A DNA stretch of 61,601 bases. Source: Gemmatimonadaceae bacterium (GTDB taxonomy: Bacteria > Gemmatimonadota > Gemmatimonadetes > Gemmatimonadales > Gemmatimonadaceae). This document shows positions 10,102 through 19,922 of this stretch, one piece after another. Both the position numbers and the translations under genes were made by a program. Every line of letters begins with the position of its first letter. The first letter of the stretch is position 1. A model generated the notes under the pieces. It had not been told where the DNA came from and did no database searches. It saw only the letters and a program-made list of their open reading frames with translations. Location of the stretch: assembly GCA_044224875.1 (NCBI GenBank), contig JBGAJQ010000025.1, positions 1-61,601 of the forward strand. Direction: 5' to 3'.

Positions 10102-10841
10102 GGCCACAGGATACCCACCAACTTGGTGATGATGCCGTTCTTCGGTTTGCCTAACCCGCCCTTGGACTTGTAAGCGAGCTGCACGTCGGCGATGGCCGTC
10201 GACTCGACGATGTCCTGCGAGGTGACGTCCTGCGGGCGGATGAACCCGGTGAGCGTCATCTCCTGCTTGTTCTTGTCGACGTCGATCAGCTTGGTGCCTT
10301 TCACCTGTAACAAGCCTTCCTTGGTCACGGCCACAACGCGCACGGGGAGTTCACCCACATATCGGGTCCCCCGGGTGGCCTCGCCGGTCTGTCGGCTCTT
10401 GCCGGCGTCCCCGGTTGCCACGCTGCCGTCGATGGGTCCCATGGCGGCGCTGGAGGCGCCCGTGGACGGCGGGTTGATCCCGAGGTCCATGTTACGTGAG
10501 CGGGAGGATTCGGCGGTCGTGCCCTTGTTGGCGCTGGCGAGCGCGTATTCATCCACCTTCACCCGCAGGATGTCGCCCACGGAAAAGGCGCGTCGATCGC
10601 TCAGCCAGTTCAAGTTCCGACGCGTCGGGGTGGCGGTGGCCGCCGAATCCGTCGCGGCGCGCGCGCCCGCCGCCGCGGCGGGGGCCTGCGCACCTAACGA
10701 CGCGGCGAGTGTCGCCAACAGCACGACAGCCGAGAACGTTCCGATCATGGCCCGCGCCCAGGGTGCGCGCGGGTGCGCTGGAGACGTCGCCACGCGAGTG
10801 GCGGACGGACGGTCGATGGCAATCTGGCAATAGTGGATCAT
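10098..10841 (-). CDS. flgH: L-ring protein FlgH
   Basis: SDRRAFSVGDIL.V.V.E, LTGFIRPQD, C-terminal ILWP; start uncertain. Confidence 0.88.
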   Translation of the reverse strand: MIHYCQIAIDRPSATRVATSPAHPRAPWARAMIGTFSAVVLLATLAASLGAQAPAAAAGARAATDSAATATPTRRNLNWLSDRRAFSVGDILRVKVDEYALASANKGTTAESSRSRNMDLGINPPSTGASSAAMGPIDGSVATGDAGKSRQTGEATRGTRYVGELPVRVVAVTKEGLLQVKGTKLIDVDKNKQEMTLTGFIRPQDVTSQDIVESTAIADVQLAYKSKGGLGKPKNGIITKLVGILWP

Positions 10842-10849
10842 CGCTACAC

Positions 10850-11335
10850 TCACTCGGAAGGCGCGACAACGCGCGCGGGTCCGGCGACGATCCCTGTCGC
10901 CCGTCGTTGGGGTGGTGCGGTCAGGCGTACCGTGATGGTCTGCCCGTCCGACGCCGAGGTCAGCGCCACGGCGGGTACCGCGAGCTCTAGTCCACCGCGT
11001 GTCACCACGTACTTCACAGCTGCACCGCTGGCAATCGTCGGTGCGGGGGTCACGGCCGGGGAAGCGAGTACCTCGCCCGCGCGTATGACGCGCCGGGTGA
11101 TCCAACCCGGTTCCGGCCTGGATTCGGTAGCGCTCGTGCGGCGTGCCATGGTGCGACGCGACTCGAGCGTCATGTCGGTGTCGGTCAGTACCGTGCCACG
11201 CGGCAGCGTTCGCGTTGCCACGAGCACGAGCAGGGTGTCCTGTTGTGCCTGCGCGCGCGCACCGGCCAGCAGACCCATGGGAAGCGATCCCACGATCAGC
11301 CAGCGAACGAGGCGCCGAAGCCAGGACGTGTTCAT
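10850..11335 (-). CDS. flgA: P-ring chaperone FlgA (SAF domain)
   Basis: VATRTLPRGTVLTDTD, RRVIRAGEVL; position between flgG and flgH. Confidence 0.8.
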   Translation of the reverse strand: MNTSWLRRLVRWLIVGSLPMGLLAGARAQAQQDTLLVLVATRTLPRGTVLTDTDMTLESRRTMARRTSATESRPEPGWITRRVIRAGEVLASPAVTPAPTIASGAAVKYVVTRGGLELAVPAVALTSASDGQTITVRLTAPPQRRATGIVAGPARVVAPSE

Positions 11336-12127
11336 CTATCGCACCAGGCCGTTGGCCACCTGCATCATCTCGTCGGCGTTCTTGATGGCCTTGGAGTTGA
11401 GCTCGTAGGCGCGCATCGCCGTGATCATGTCCACCATTTCCTGGACGATCTCGACATTGCTGCCTTCCAGGTGTCCCTTGAGGATTCGGCCAAAGCCTTC
11501 ATCCTGTGCAAATCCGGTGATGGCCTGACCCGAGGCCGGTGTCTCGGCCAGCAAGTTCTCACCTAACGACTCGAGGCCTTCAGGATTCAGGAAGCGGGCG
11601 AGTTCGATCCGTCCGATCTCCTGCACGTTGGCCTTGTCGCTGCCGGTGGTCACCGAGACGACGCCGGTCGGCGAGACGGTCACGGAACTCGCATCGGTTG
11701 GAATCTTGATGCCTGGCAGCACGGTGTACCCGTTGGAGGTGACGAGCGTGCCGGTGTCGGAGATCCCGAACGACCCGTCACGCGTGTACGCGACCTGTCC
11801 GTTCGCCATCTGCACCTGGAAGAAGCCGTCTCCTTCAATGGCCAGGTCGAGTGGGTTGGACGTCTCTTCGACGTTGCCTTGCGAGTGCAGGCGCTGAACC
11901 GCGGAGAGGTGCGTCCCACGACCGATCTGGATGGCGGGAGTGGTGTTGGTGTCGGTGGCGCCGAGGATCGCCGGCCCCTGGACCGTCTGGTACAACAGGT
12001 CCTCGAAGTGTGCGCGCGATCGCTTGAACGCGGTCGTGTTCACGTTGGCGAGATTGTTGGCGATGACCTCGGTGCGAAGCTGCTGAGCCATCATGCCAGT
12101 GGCGGCGGTGCGGAGCGCGGGATCCAT
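11336..12127 (-). CDS. flgG: Distal rod protein FlgG
   Basis: IANNLANVNTTAFKRSRAHFEDLLYQ, LDLAIEGDGFF, LEGSNVEIVQEMVDMI. Confidence 0.96.
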   Translation of the reverse strand: MDPALRTAATGMMAQQLRTEVIANNLANVNTTAFKRSRAHFEDLLYQTVQGPAILGATDTNTTPAIQIGRGTHLSAVQRLHSQGNVEETSNPLDLAIEGDGFFQVQMANGQVAYTRDGSFGISDTGTLVTSNGYTVLPGIKIPTDASSVTVSPTGVVSVTTGSDKANVQEIGRIELARFLNPEGLESLGENLLAETPASGQAITGFAQDEGFGRILKGHLEGSNVEIVQEMVDMITAMRAYELNSKAIKNADEMMQVANGLVR

Positions 12128-12147
12128 GAAAGGGCCGGAGAAAGGGG

Positions 12148-12870
12148 TCAGGCAGGGACTTTGCCGATGTCGTTCGCGATCGTGGAGCGAATACCGTCGA
12201 GCGTCGTCAGGACCTTCTGGGCGAAGGCGTAATTGCGTTGCACCTCGATCATGTCCACCAACGCCGACACCGTGTTCACGTTGCTCTCTTCCAGCACGCC
12301 TTGGCGCACGCTGCGGTCGGTCATGGCCACGGATTCACGCGATGCGTCGGGCAGGAAGTGCGTGCCCTCGGCGTGGGTCAGCGTAGGCGCCTTGGTTCGC
12401 TCGACGCGCAGTCGGTCGATTCCCACGCCATTCACGGACACCAGGCCCGTGCGGTCAACCTCCACGTGCTCGGGGAGTATCTCGCGGCCCTTGGCGTCGC
12501 GCGTCAGACGAATGGGTCCGCGTTCGCCTAACGCCGCGTTGCCGTCGGCATCCACCAACACCCCGTCCGCGTTCAAGCGGAACGAGCCGCCGCGCGACCA
12601 TTGCTCGCCCTGAGGGCCGGTGACGACCAGGAAGCCGTCCCCCTGCATCGCCAGGTCGAGGGGCTGACCCGTCGTCCGGAGGGTCCCGCCACGGACGTCT
12701 GTCCGCGCGTCCGGCGTGGGGAGGGATTCGCCCATCAAGCGGGCAAACACGCGCTCCGCCTTGAACCCGTCGGTGCTGGCGTTGGCGAGGTTGTTCGAAG
12801 CGACCTCCTGACGCCGCTCCCAGTAGCGGAGGGCGCTGGCGGCGCTGGCGATTCCATCGGTCTTGATCAT
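12148..12870 (-). CDS. flgF: Proximal rod protein FlgF
   Basis: SNNLANASTDGFK, TGQPLDLAMQGDGF, QGVLEESNVN. Confidence 0.9.
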   Translation of the reverse strand: MIKTDGIASAASALRYWERRQEVASNNLANASTDGFKAERVFARLMGESLPTPDARTDVRGGTLRTTGQPLDLAMQGDGFLVVTGPQGEQWSRGGSFRLNADGVLVDADGNAALGERGPIRLTRDAKGREILPEHVEVDRTGLVSVNGVGIDRLRVERTKAPTLTHAEGTHFLPDASRESVAMTDRSVRQGVLEESNVNTVSALVDMIEVQRNYAFAQKVLTTLDGIRSTIANDIGKVPA

Positions 12871-12912
12871 CGCGGTTTGGGCTCGATCGTGGTTTCTCAT
12901 CTATTGAAGAAG

Positions 12913-12927
12913 GCAACCCACATGCCC
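12913..12927 (-). promoter_or_regulatory. Putative sigma-54 promoter for flgF operon
   Basis: GGGCATGTGGGTTGC, GG-N10-GC spacing. Confidence 0.7.
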
Positions 12928-12976
12928 AACACGCGTCGCTGCGATCACATCCTGTAAATCCTTGTACTGGAACTAC

Positions 12977-13327
12977 TTAACGCACATCCCGCCGAGCGTC
13001 TGACCCAGTATTGCCGGCGGGACGCAGGGAAATTCGTGCCGCTCCCGGCTTTCCTTTCCGAGCGGCAGCGGGCGAACTGGCCCCCAGGACCAAGGCGACG
13101 GCGTCGCGGGAAAGGCCGGTGCGACGGGCGATTTCGTCCGGCTTGGTTCCATGGGCAGCGAGTGAGCGGGCCTGGGCTGGCCGGCGTTGGGGCGTCTGGG
13201 TCGAGGCGCCGCGTGTCGGCGTGGCGATGAGCACGAGCGCCAGGACGGCCGCCGCCATCATAAGGGCTGCGGCGAGGGTCACGGGGTCCGACGCGACGGT
13301 GGACCAGAGATCGTAGATCGTCTTCAT
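12977..13327 (-). CDS. Single-TM protein with DUF2802-like helix-turn-helix (possible FipA-like)
   Basis: N-terminal TM, then GTKPDEIARRTGLSRDAVALVL; directly after fliA. Confidence 0.5.
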   Translation of the reverse strand: MKTIYDLWSTVASDPVTLAAALMMAAAVLALVLIATPTRGASTQTPQRRPAQARSLAAHGTKPDEIARRTGLSRDAVALVLGASSPAAARKGKPGAARISLRPAGNTGSDARRDVR

Positions 13328-13329
13328 CG

Positions 13330-14088
13330 TTAGGCCGCCGTGGTGCGAAAGTGTGAGAGTTCGGTGCGCAGCTTGCCCAGCGCCTTGGCCCGGATCTGGG
13401 AGACGCGGGATTCCGTGAGGTCGAGCACTTCAGCGATCTCGTGCAGCTTCAACTCCTCGAAGTAGTACAGCGTGAGCACGACGCGCTCCTGCTCCTTCAG
13501 CCGGCGCAGGGCGTCCTTCAGGATTTCGCGCTCCTGCTCCCGATTGACCTCATCCTCGATATTCGATTCGGAATCGAAGATCATGGCTTCCGGTGGCAAC
13601 CCCGGGTTGCCGTCGTGGTCGGTGGCCGACTGGTCGAGCGAGATCTGCACGGCGCTTTCAGTCTCCGACTGCCACCGCCAGAACGTCTCGAGGTCAACGC
13701 CGAGGTGCTCGGCCAGCTCACGGTCCGACGCGGGTCGACCGAAGATGCGGGTCAAGGTTTCTCGGGCATGCGAGATGTCGCGCGTCTTGCGGCGGACGGA
13801 ACGCGGCACGTGATCCTGTCGCCGGAGTTCGTCGAGGATGGCGCCACGAATCCGCGGGACGGCGAACGTCGAGAAGGCCAGTCCGCGCGCGGGTTCGAAG
13901 GCATCGAGCGCATTCATCAGTCCGATGGTGCCGCAGCTGACGAGTTCGTCGAAGTCGGCGGGCGCCGCCAAGGCCCGGGAGAGCTGCCGCGCCACATGAT
14001 GGACGAGGTTCAGGTTCTCCTGGAGCAGGGTATCGCGCGCCTTGGCGTCTCCGCTGGCGTAGGCACGCCAGATCTTATCGGACGACAT
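13330..14088 (-). CDS. fliA: Sigma-28 factor FliA/WhiG
   Basis: FSTFAVPRIRGAILDELRRQDHVPRSVR, LYYFEELKLHEIAEVLDLTESRVSQI. Confidence 0.96.
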   Translation of the reverse strand: MSSDKIWRAYASGDAKARDTLLQENLNLVHHVARQLSRALAAPADFDELVSCGTIGLMNALDAFEPARGLAFSTFAVPRIRGAILDELRRQDHVPRSVRRKTRDISHARETLTRIFGRPASDRELAEHLGVDLETFWRWQSETESAVQISLDQSATDHDGNPGLPPEAMIFDSESNIEDEVNREQEREILKDALRRLKEQERVVLTLYYFEELKLHEIAEVLDLTESRVSQIRAKALGKLRTELSHFRTTAA

Positions 14089-14092
14089 GAGC

Positions 14093-14926
14093 TTACCTCT
14101 TCCTGAAAGGGCGAGTCAGTGAGCCGGCGCGAGACGACGCCGACGGATCGGTGAGGAGGCGTTCGCCAATCGGGTGCATGGCGGCGACCGCGTTTGAGCC
14201 GACGGCCGCGTCGATCGCCCCCAGTCCAGCGGCGAGGGCGTGGCCAAAGTCGGCATCCTCGGGGATGGCGCCGGCAAACGTCACGGTCCGCGAGAGAAAG
14301 CGGATCGCGGCGGCGTTCAGGTGACCGTGGAGCGTCTCAGCGACGTCGTCCGTCACGCGGTTCGCGACCACGTCGATCGGCACCTGGGGGTACTGCTGGG
14401 TGACCAGCTTGAACAGTGCAAACGTGGCGGCCAGTCCCACGCGGTCTGCCCCGCACACGGCGAGCAACCGAGTGGCGCCGTCGCGGCATCCCTGCAGGAT
14501 GGATGCGGCGCTCGATCCCACGTCGGCCACGACACAGTCGAAGCCGTCGTACAGCGACGTCAGCCGGTCCCGAAGCACGCGCTGTTCCGCGTCCGGCAGC
14601 GGATGCTCATCCGGGGCCGCCACCAGCAGTGAGAGCGACGGGGACACGGGCGAGAGCAACGCCGACGGGTCGATGCCATGACGCAGGGCGCCTAACGAAT
14701 AGGCAGGCCGAATGCGCAGGAGTTCGTGCAAGGTGCCCAGGCGTCCCACCCCGTCGACCAGCAACACGCGACGGCCCTGTGCAGAGATCGCCGCGCCCAG
14801 CAACGCCGATACGGTGGACGTACCCACGCCACCCTTGCCACTGGCAACGGCGATCATGTGCACTCCACGCGCCAATCCGCGCTGGGGCGTTGCGGCCATG
14901 CGGGCAGCCTCGAGTTGGGACGTCAC
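14093..14926 (-). CDS. flhG: FlhG/FleN-like MinD-family protein, degenerate
   Basis: IAVASGKGGVGTST, GRRVLLVD, VVANRV, GAIPED; synteny flhF-flhG-fliA. Confidence 0.8.
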   Translation of the reverse strand: MTSQLEAARMAATPQRGLARGVHMIAVASGKGGVGTSTVSALLGAAISAQGRRVLLVDGVGRLGTLHELLRIRPAYSLGALRHGIDPSALLSPVSPSLSLLVAAPDEHPLPDAEQRVLRDRLTSLYDGFDCVVADVGSSAASILQGCRDGATRLLAVCGADRVGLAATFALFKLVTQQYPQVPIDVVANRVTDDVAETLHGHLNAAAIRFLSRTVTFAGAIPEDADFGHALAAGLGAIDAAVGSNAVAAMHPIGERLLTDPSASSRAGSLTRPFRKR

Positions 14927-15759
14927 GCGGCGCGCACCGACAGTTGGCTCGGCGTGATGCCGAGCGCGGTGAGCACGCGGGCGCGCGCCGGGCGAACATC
15001 GGCCGGCACCGCTTGTCCATCGCACAACCAACGCATGGGCAGGTCGAGCGCGGCGCAGGCGTCGGCGAGCATGGCGTCTTCGGAGACTTCATCCGTCTTG
15101 GTGAGCAGCAGGTGCGTGAGCCGGCACGACGCATAGTGCTGTGCGGCGCCATGCAGGAGGTCGGGACGCATCGTGGCTGGGATCACGAGGTGTGTCTCGT
15201 CCGGCGCGGCCGACTTGAGCATCGACTGCCACTGGGTGTTGGCTTCCTTGGCTCGCGGGCTGCGCCCCGGTGTGTCGATAAGCACGACGTCGCACTTGTC
15301 CAGTCGGCGCAGCGACGCGGTGAGGTCGCGGGCGTCGTAGGCGACTTCCAGTGGCAACGCCGCGATCTCCGCGTATTGTTGGAGCTGTTCAATCGCGGCG
15401 ACGCGAAAGGTGTCCAGCGACAGGATGCCGACCTTGGCGCCGGGGAAGGTCTGTGGACTCAACGCCAGCTTGGCGAGCGCCGTCGTCTTGCCGGCGCCCG
15501 TTGGGCCCACGAGCGCCAGCACAAACGGTCCACTGCGTCCCCGTCCGCCGCTGGCGCGCGGCAAGGTCGGCGGTGGTGGTTCCAGCCGTCGGCGCAGCAC
15601 GCCAAGGCTCTCGGCACTCGCGGCCAAGACCTGCACGCGCGTGCGCTGCCCGTGGCGCTGGACATCGCTGCGGACGATGAGGACATCATCGCCTAACGCG
15701 CGGCGTGCGTCCTCGAAGACTTGGCGGAGGTCGGATCCGTGAAAGGACTCAAACAGCAT
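14923..15759 (-). CDS. flhF: SRP-type GTPase FlhF (short)
   Basis: GPTGAGKTT, DTFR, DTPGR, TKTDE, GQAVPAD; N-terminal RALGDDVLIV. Confidence 0.92.
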   Translation of the reverse strand: MLFESFHGSDLRQVFEDARRALGDDVLIVRSDVQRHGQRTRVQVLAASAESLGVLRRRLEPPPPTLPRASGGRGRSGPFVLALVGPTGAGKTTALAKLALSPQTFPGAKVGILSLDTFRVAAIEQLQQYAEIAALPLEVAYDARDLTASLRRLDKCDVVLIDTPGRSPRAKEANTQWQSMLKSAAPDETHLVIPATMRPDLLHGAAQHYASCRLTHLLLTKTDEVSEDAMLADACAALDLPMRWLCDGQAVPADVRPARARVLTALGITPSQLSVRAA

Positions 15760-17839
15760 GCGTCAGCTCCCAGGTGGCGACGGTATTGAGCTTCACTGAA
15801 GGCGGCAGCTCGGCGAGGGACACCACCGGCAGGGCCGGTAGTACGGGTTCCACCAGCCGGCGCACGCCAATGCGCAGGCTGGGCGGTGTAATGAGCGGTG
15901 GCATGCGGCCATCGGCGGCGTGCGTGGTGGCCAGCAGGTTGAGGTCACGCAGCAGGTCGGCGAGGACATCGGGCGTCAGGGTTGGCAACCCCGATGGAGC
16001 CGAACGCGGCGAGAAGAGCCCCATCAGCGCCCCTTCCAGCCGCGGCCCCATGGTGATGCCGCGTACCGCGCCGGTATCGTCCGCGTGCTGGCGGGCGATC
16101 ACGTTCGACATGGCGCGCCGGACGTGCTCCACCAGGATCTCCGCGTCCTTGCTCTGGTCCACGGAGTCGCCTAACGCCTCGAGTACCGTCACCAGGTCAC
16201 GAATCGGGAGCCGTTCACGGAGCAGGCGCTGGAGCACGCGGTGCAGCAAGCCCAGGGACACACGGTTGGGGATCAGTTCTTCCACCAGTGCCGGGTGTGA
16301 CTTCTTGAGCGTGTCCACCATTTCCTGCACGTCCTGCCGGCCCAGCAACTCCGCGGCGTTGGCCTTGAGTGCTTCCATGAGGTGCGTGGCGATGACGGTC
16401 GTCGGCTCCACCACCACATAACCGAGGGACTCCGCCTCGACGCGGCGCGTGGCCGCGATCCAGCGGGCCGTCAGGCCGAACGCGGGGTCGATCGTCTCGA
16501 TACCCTCGATCGGATACGCCACGCCACCGGTATCCAAGGCGAGCTGGAAGCGCGGCATCACTTCGGCCCGCGCGATCTCCGCACCACGCAGCTTGATGAC
16601 GTACTCATTGGGGGGAATCCGCAGGTCGTCGCGCACGCGAATCGGTGGGATGAGGATCCCGACCTCGAGCGCCGCCTGCTTGCGCAACAACTGAATGCGT
16701 TCCAGCAAGTCGCCGCCCTGCTTCTCGTCCACCAGTGGGATGAGCGCGTATCCGACCTCCAGCTCGATCGGATCGATCTGGAGCAGGTCGCGCATGGGAT
16801 CGGCGGGCTTTTCTGGTCCCTTCTCCGTCTGTTCGGCGGCGGTGCGGGCGGCCTTGGCCCGGCGCTGTTCGGCGTCTGTCGCGGTCCGGGCGATGAAGGC
16901 CAATACCGCGCCTAACGTCAGGAAGGGAACCTTCGGCAGGCCAGGGACCAGCCCAAAGGCACCCAGGACGGCCGCGGCCAGCCAAAGGGCTCGCGGATAT
17001 GCCGCGAGCTGGCCGGCGACCTGCGTCCCCATTCGCGTTTGACCCGACGCGCGAGTGACCATGATACCCGCGGCCGTCGAGACGATCAGCGCCGGGACCT
17101 GGGCCACCAGCCCTTCGCCGACTGTCAGAATCGTGTATTGCGACGCCGCCTGCGACAGCGGTAGGCCGCGCTGGATGACGGCGATGAAGATGCCGCCAAT
17201 GATGTTGATGAACGTGATGAGGAGCGCGGCGATCGCATCGCCCTTCACGAATTTCGAGGCACCGTCCATCGCGCCGTAGAAGTCCGCCTGACGCGCGATC
17301 TCCTCGCGGCGGCGCCGTGCCTCGGTCTCGTCGATCAACCCCGCCGACAGGTCGGCGTCGATCGCCATCTGTTTCCCGGGCATGGCATCCAACGTGAATC
17401 GCGCCGCGACCTCCGCGACACGACCCGCACCCTTCGTGATGACGATGAAGTTGATGCCGATCAGGATCAGGAACAGCACCAACCCGACCGCATAGTTGCC
17501 GCCAATGACGAATTGCCCGAAGGCCTGAATGACTTGCCCCGCGTGCCCCTCGGCCAGGATCAACCGGGTGCTGCTCACGTTCAGCGAAAGGCGGAACAGC
17601 GTCAGCAGCAGCAACAGGGCGGGGAACGAACTGAACTCCAGCGGATCGGAGGTCTGCATCGTGGTCAAGAGCACCACGAGTGACAGTCCAATGCTGGTGG
17701 CCAGGAACAGGTCCAGCGCGAACGGGGGCAGCGGAATGATCAGCAGGGCAATGACGAACACCACCGCCACTGCCAGGCCCATCTCGGCGTTGCGTTTGGC
17801 GGGTCCTTCGAGCTGCAGGGCGACCGCGGGGCTACTCAT
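15749..17839 (-). CDS. flhA: Export gate FlhA
   Basis: RVAEVAARFTLDAMPGKQMAIDADL, DFYGAMDGASKFVKGD. Confidence 0.98.
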   Translation of the reverse strand: MSSPAVALQLEGPAKRNAEMGLAVAVVFVIALLIIPLPPFALDLFLATSIGLSLVVLLTTMQTSDPLEFSSFPALLLLLTLFRLSLNVSSTRLILAEGHAGQVIQAFGQFVIGGNYAVGLVLFLILIGINFIVITKGAGRVAEVAARFTLDAMPGKQMAIDADLSAGLIDETEARRRREEIARQADFYGAMDGASKFVKGDAIAALLITFINIIGGIFIAVIQRGLPLSQAASQYTILTVGEGLVAQVPALIVSTAAGIMVTRASGQTRMGTQVAGQLAAYPRALWLAAAVLGAFGLVPGLPKVPFLTLGAVLAFIARTATDAEQRRAKAARTAAEQTEKGPEKPADPMRDLLQIDPIELEVGYALIPLVDEKQGGDLLERIQLLRKQAALEVGILIPPIRVRDDLRIPPNEYVIKLRGAEIARAEVMPRFQLALDTGGVAYPIEGIETIDPAFGLTARWIAATRRVEAESLGYVVVEPTTVIATHLMEALKANAAELLGRQDVQEMVDTLKKSHPALVEELIPNRVSLGLLHRVLQRLLRERLPIRDLVTVLEALGDSVDQSKDAEILVEHVRRAMSNVIARQHADDTGAVRGITMGPRLEGALMGLFSPRSAPSGLPTLTPDVLADLLRDLNLLATTHAADGRMPPLITPPSLRIGVRRLVEPVLPALPVVSLAELPPSVKLNTVATWELTHAV

Positions 17840-18857
17840 GCGACCACCTCCTGCAGGCGTGTGCTACGACTGAGCCGGCGCCGGATGACGAAGGCGAGGA
17901 TCTCGGCCACCGCCACGTACAACTCCGCCGGGATGATGCTGCCGACGCGCGAGGTGGCGAGCAGTGCACGTGCCAGCGGCTTGTTCTCGATGCAGGGAAC
18001 GCCGTGCTCGCGGGCGATGGCCTTGATGCGTTCGGCTACCTTGCGCTGCCCCATGGCCAACACGATCGGAGCAGGGGCCTTGTCTGGGTCGTACGACAGG
18101 GCGATGGCAATGTGCGTCGGGTTCGTGATGACGACATCGGCACTCGGCACACTGCGGAACATCTGTCGGCGTGCCAGGGCCCGGCCAAAGCTGCGCAAGC
18201 GCTGCTTGATGAGCGGGTCGCCTTCCGTCTGCTTCAACTCCTGCTTGATCTCGTCGCGGCTCATCTTCAGCGACTGCTCGTACTGCCACACCTGCCAGGC
18301 ATAGTCGAGCGCCGCCAGGCCCAGGTAGGCGAGACCGGCCGTCATCAACAACTTGACGGCGTACTTCTTCACGACCACCAGGAAGCCCAGTGCCGACATC
18401 TGGGACAGGGACATCATGTCCGTCCATGCCGCGCCCAGCGCTCCACGCACCACCCACGCCACCAGCAGCAACTTCGCAATCGACTTCAGCAGCTCCGCGA
18501 TCGACTGCAACCCGACCACGCGCTTGATGTTGTTCGCGGGGTTCAGGCGTGACGGATCGGGCATCAGGGGCTTGGCGCTCACGATGCCGCGGGCCTGTGG
18601 GCCGGCGATAGCGATGGCCACGGCCATCAGCGATCCGCCCCATACGCCGAGCACGGCGAGTGTCCGCAGGCCGAGGGATCGCAACAGGGAAACTGGGCGC
18701 CCAGCGACGGTCCCGCGACATTCAGCAGGATGGCCGCGCCTAACAGCACGAATGAAGTCGTCAGTTCGGCACTGCGTGGAACGCGTCCTTCCTTGCGTGC
18801 CTCGTCGCGGCGCCTCGGGGTTGGGGCCTCGGTCTTTTCCTGGTCGTGGAGTGCCAT
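17836..18857 (-). pseudogene. flhB: FlhB, split by a frameshift/deletion near 18690 (real lesion or assembly error)
   Basis: EKTEAPTPRRR N-terminus in one frame; KMSRDEIKQE.KQTEGDP and NPTH in another. Confidence 0.85.
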
Positions 18858-18858
18858 G

Positions 18859-19656
18859 TCAGCGGCCCCCCGCGCCGGAGAAGACAGACACGAGCTGCGT
18901 CAGCATGCCGGCATAGGTGACGTCCCACCCCACGAACCAGCTGACGATCATCGGCACGGACGCGGTGAACGCGAACAGTCCCACCGCGATCTGGACGGGG
19001 AATGCCAGCTGCAGGATGTTCAGCTGCGGGGCGGCGCGGCTGAGCACGGCCAGGGCCACGTTGGTCACCATGATGACGGCGATCACGGGCGATGCGAACT
19101 TGAATCCGAGCGCGAAGAGCTCGGACCCCATCAGCACGGTGCCCTGCATGCCCTCCGGCAGTTGCAATGCGCCACCGATCGGAAGGTGCTGTAGGGTACC
19201 CGCCAAGGCATCGAGCATCACCAGGTGCCCGTTGCCCGCGAGGAGAAGCGTCAGCGCCAGGAGGTTCATGAACTGGCCCAGCGCTGTGGACTGCTGCAGG
19301 GACAGCGGATCCATCAATGCCGCGCCCGACAGTCCAATCTGCGCGGAGAGGAGTTCGCCCGCCGCTTCGGCGCCGGCGATCAGGATCGCGGCGCCGAACC
19401 CGACGATGAACCCGATGAGCGTCTCGCCAATGATCGCGGCCGGCGTGAGCGCCAGCGCGGCGGGGGCGTGAGCGCGCGCTGCCGGCTGCAACAGCACGGC
19501 CAGCACGATCACCACGGCGGTGCGAAGCGTTCCGGGAACGGTGCGCGCCGAATACATGGGTGCGACCAATACCAGGCCGCCAATGCGCGCCATCGTCAGC
19601 ACGAACGCCGTCGCCGCGCCGGGCGCCAGCAAGTCGAAGCCGGTGGTCGCATTCAT
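18859..19656 (-). CDS. fliR: Export protein FliR
   Basis: AEAAGELLSAQIGL...DP, LSRAAPQLNILQLAFP. Confidence 0.93.
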   Translation of the reverse strand: MNATTGFDLLAPGAATAFVLTMARIGGLVLVAPMYSARTVPGTLRTAVVIVLAVLLQPAARAHAPAALALTPAAIIGETLIGFIVGFGAAILIAGAEAAGELLSAQIGLSGAALMDPLSLQQSTALGQFMNLLALTLLLAGNGHLVMLDALAGTLQHLPIGGALQLPEGMQGTVLMGSELFALGFKFASPVIAVIMVTNVALAVLSRAAPQLNILQLAFPVQIAVGLFAFTASVPMIVSWFVGWDVTYAGMLTQLVSVFSGAGGR

Positions 19657-19922
19657 GAGACAAGTCCTGGCAAGGAACGGAACAGGTTGCCCGTGTATTC
19701 CACGAGCAGCTGCAGCATCCATGGCAGGGCCACTAGGAACGTCAGCGCCACGGCCACCAGCTTCGGCACGAACGACAGCGTCTGCTCCTGGATCTGCGTG
19801 ACGGTCTGCAGGATGCTCACCACGAGGCCCACCAGCAGGGCCACGATGAGCATCGGGGCCGCCACCAGCATGGCGACCATCATCGCGTTGCGCGCGAGGT
19901 CCGAGACGGTGGCGAAGTTCAT
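19653..19922 (-). CDS. fliQ: Export protein FliQ
   Basis: GLVVSILQTVTQIQEQTLSFVPKL. Confidence 0.96.
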   Translation of the reverse strand: MNFATVSDLARNAMMVAMLVAAPMLIVALLVGLVVSILQTVTQIQEQTLSFVPKLVAVALTFLVALPWMLQLLVEYTGNLFRSLPGLVS

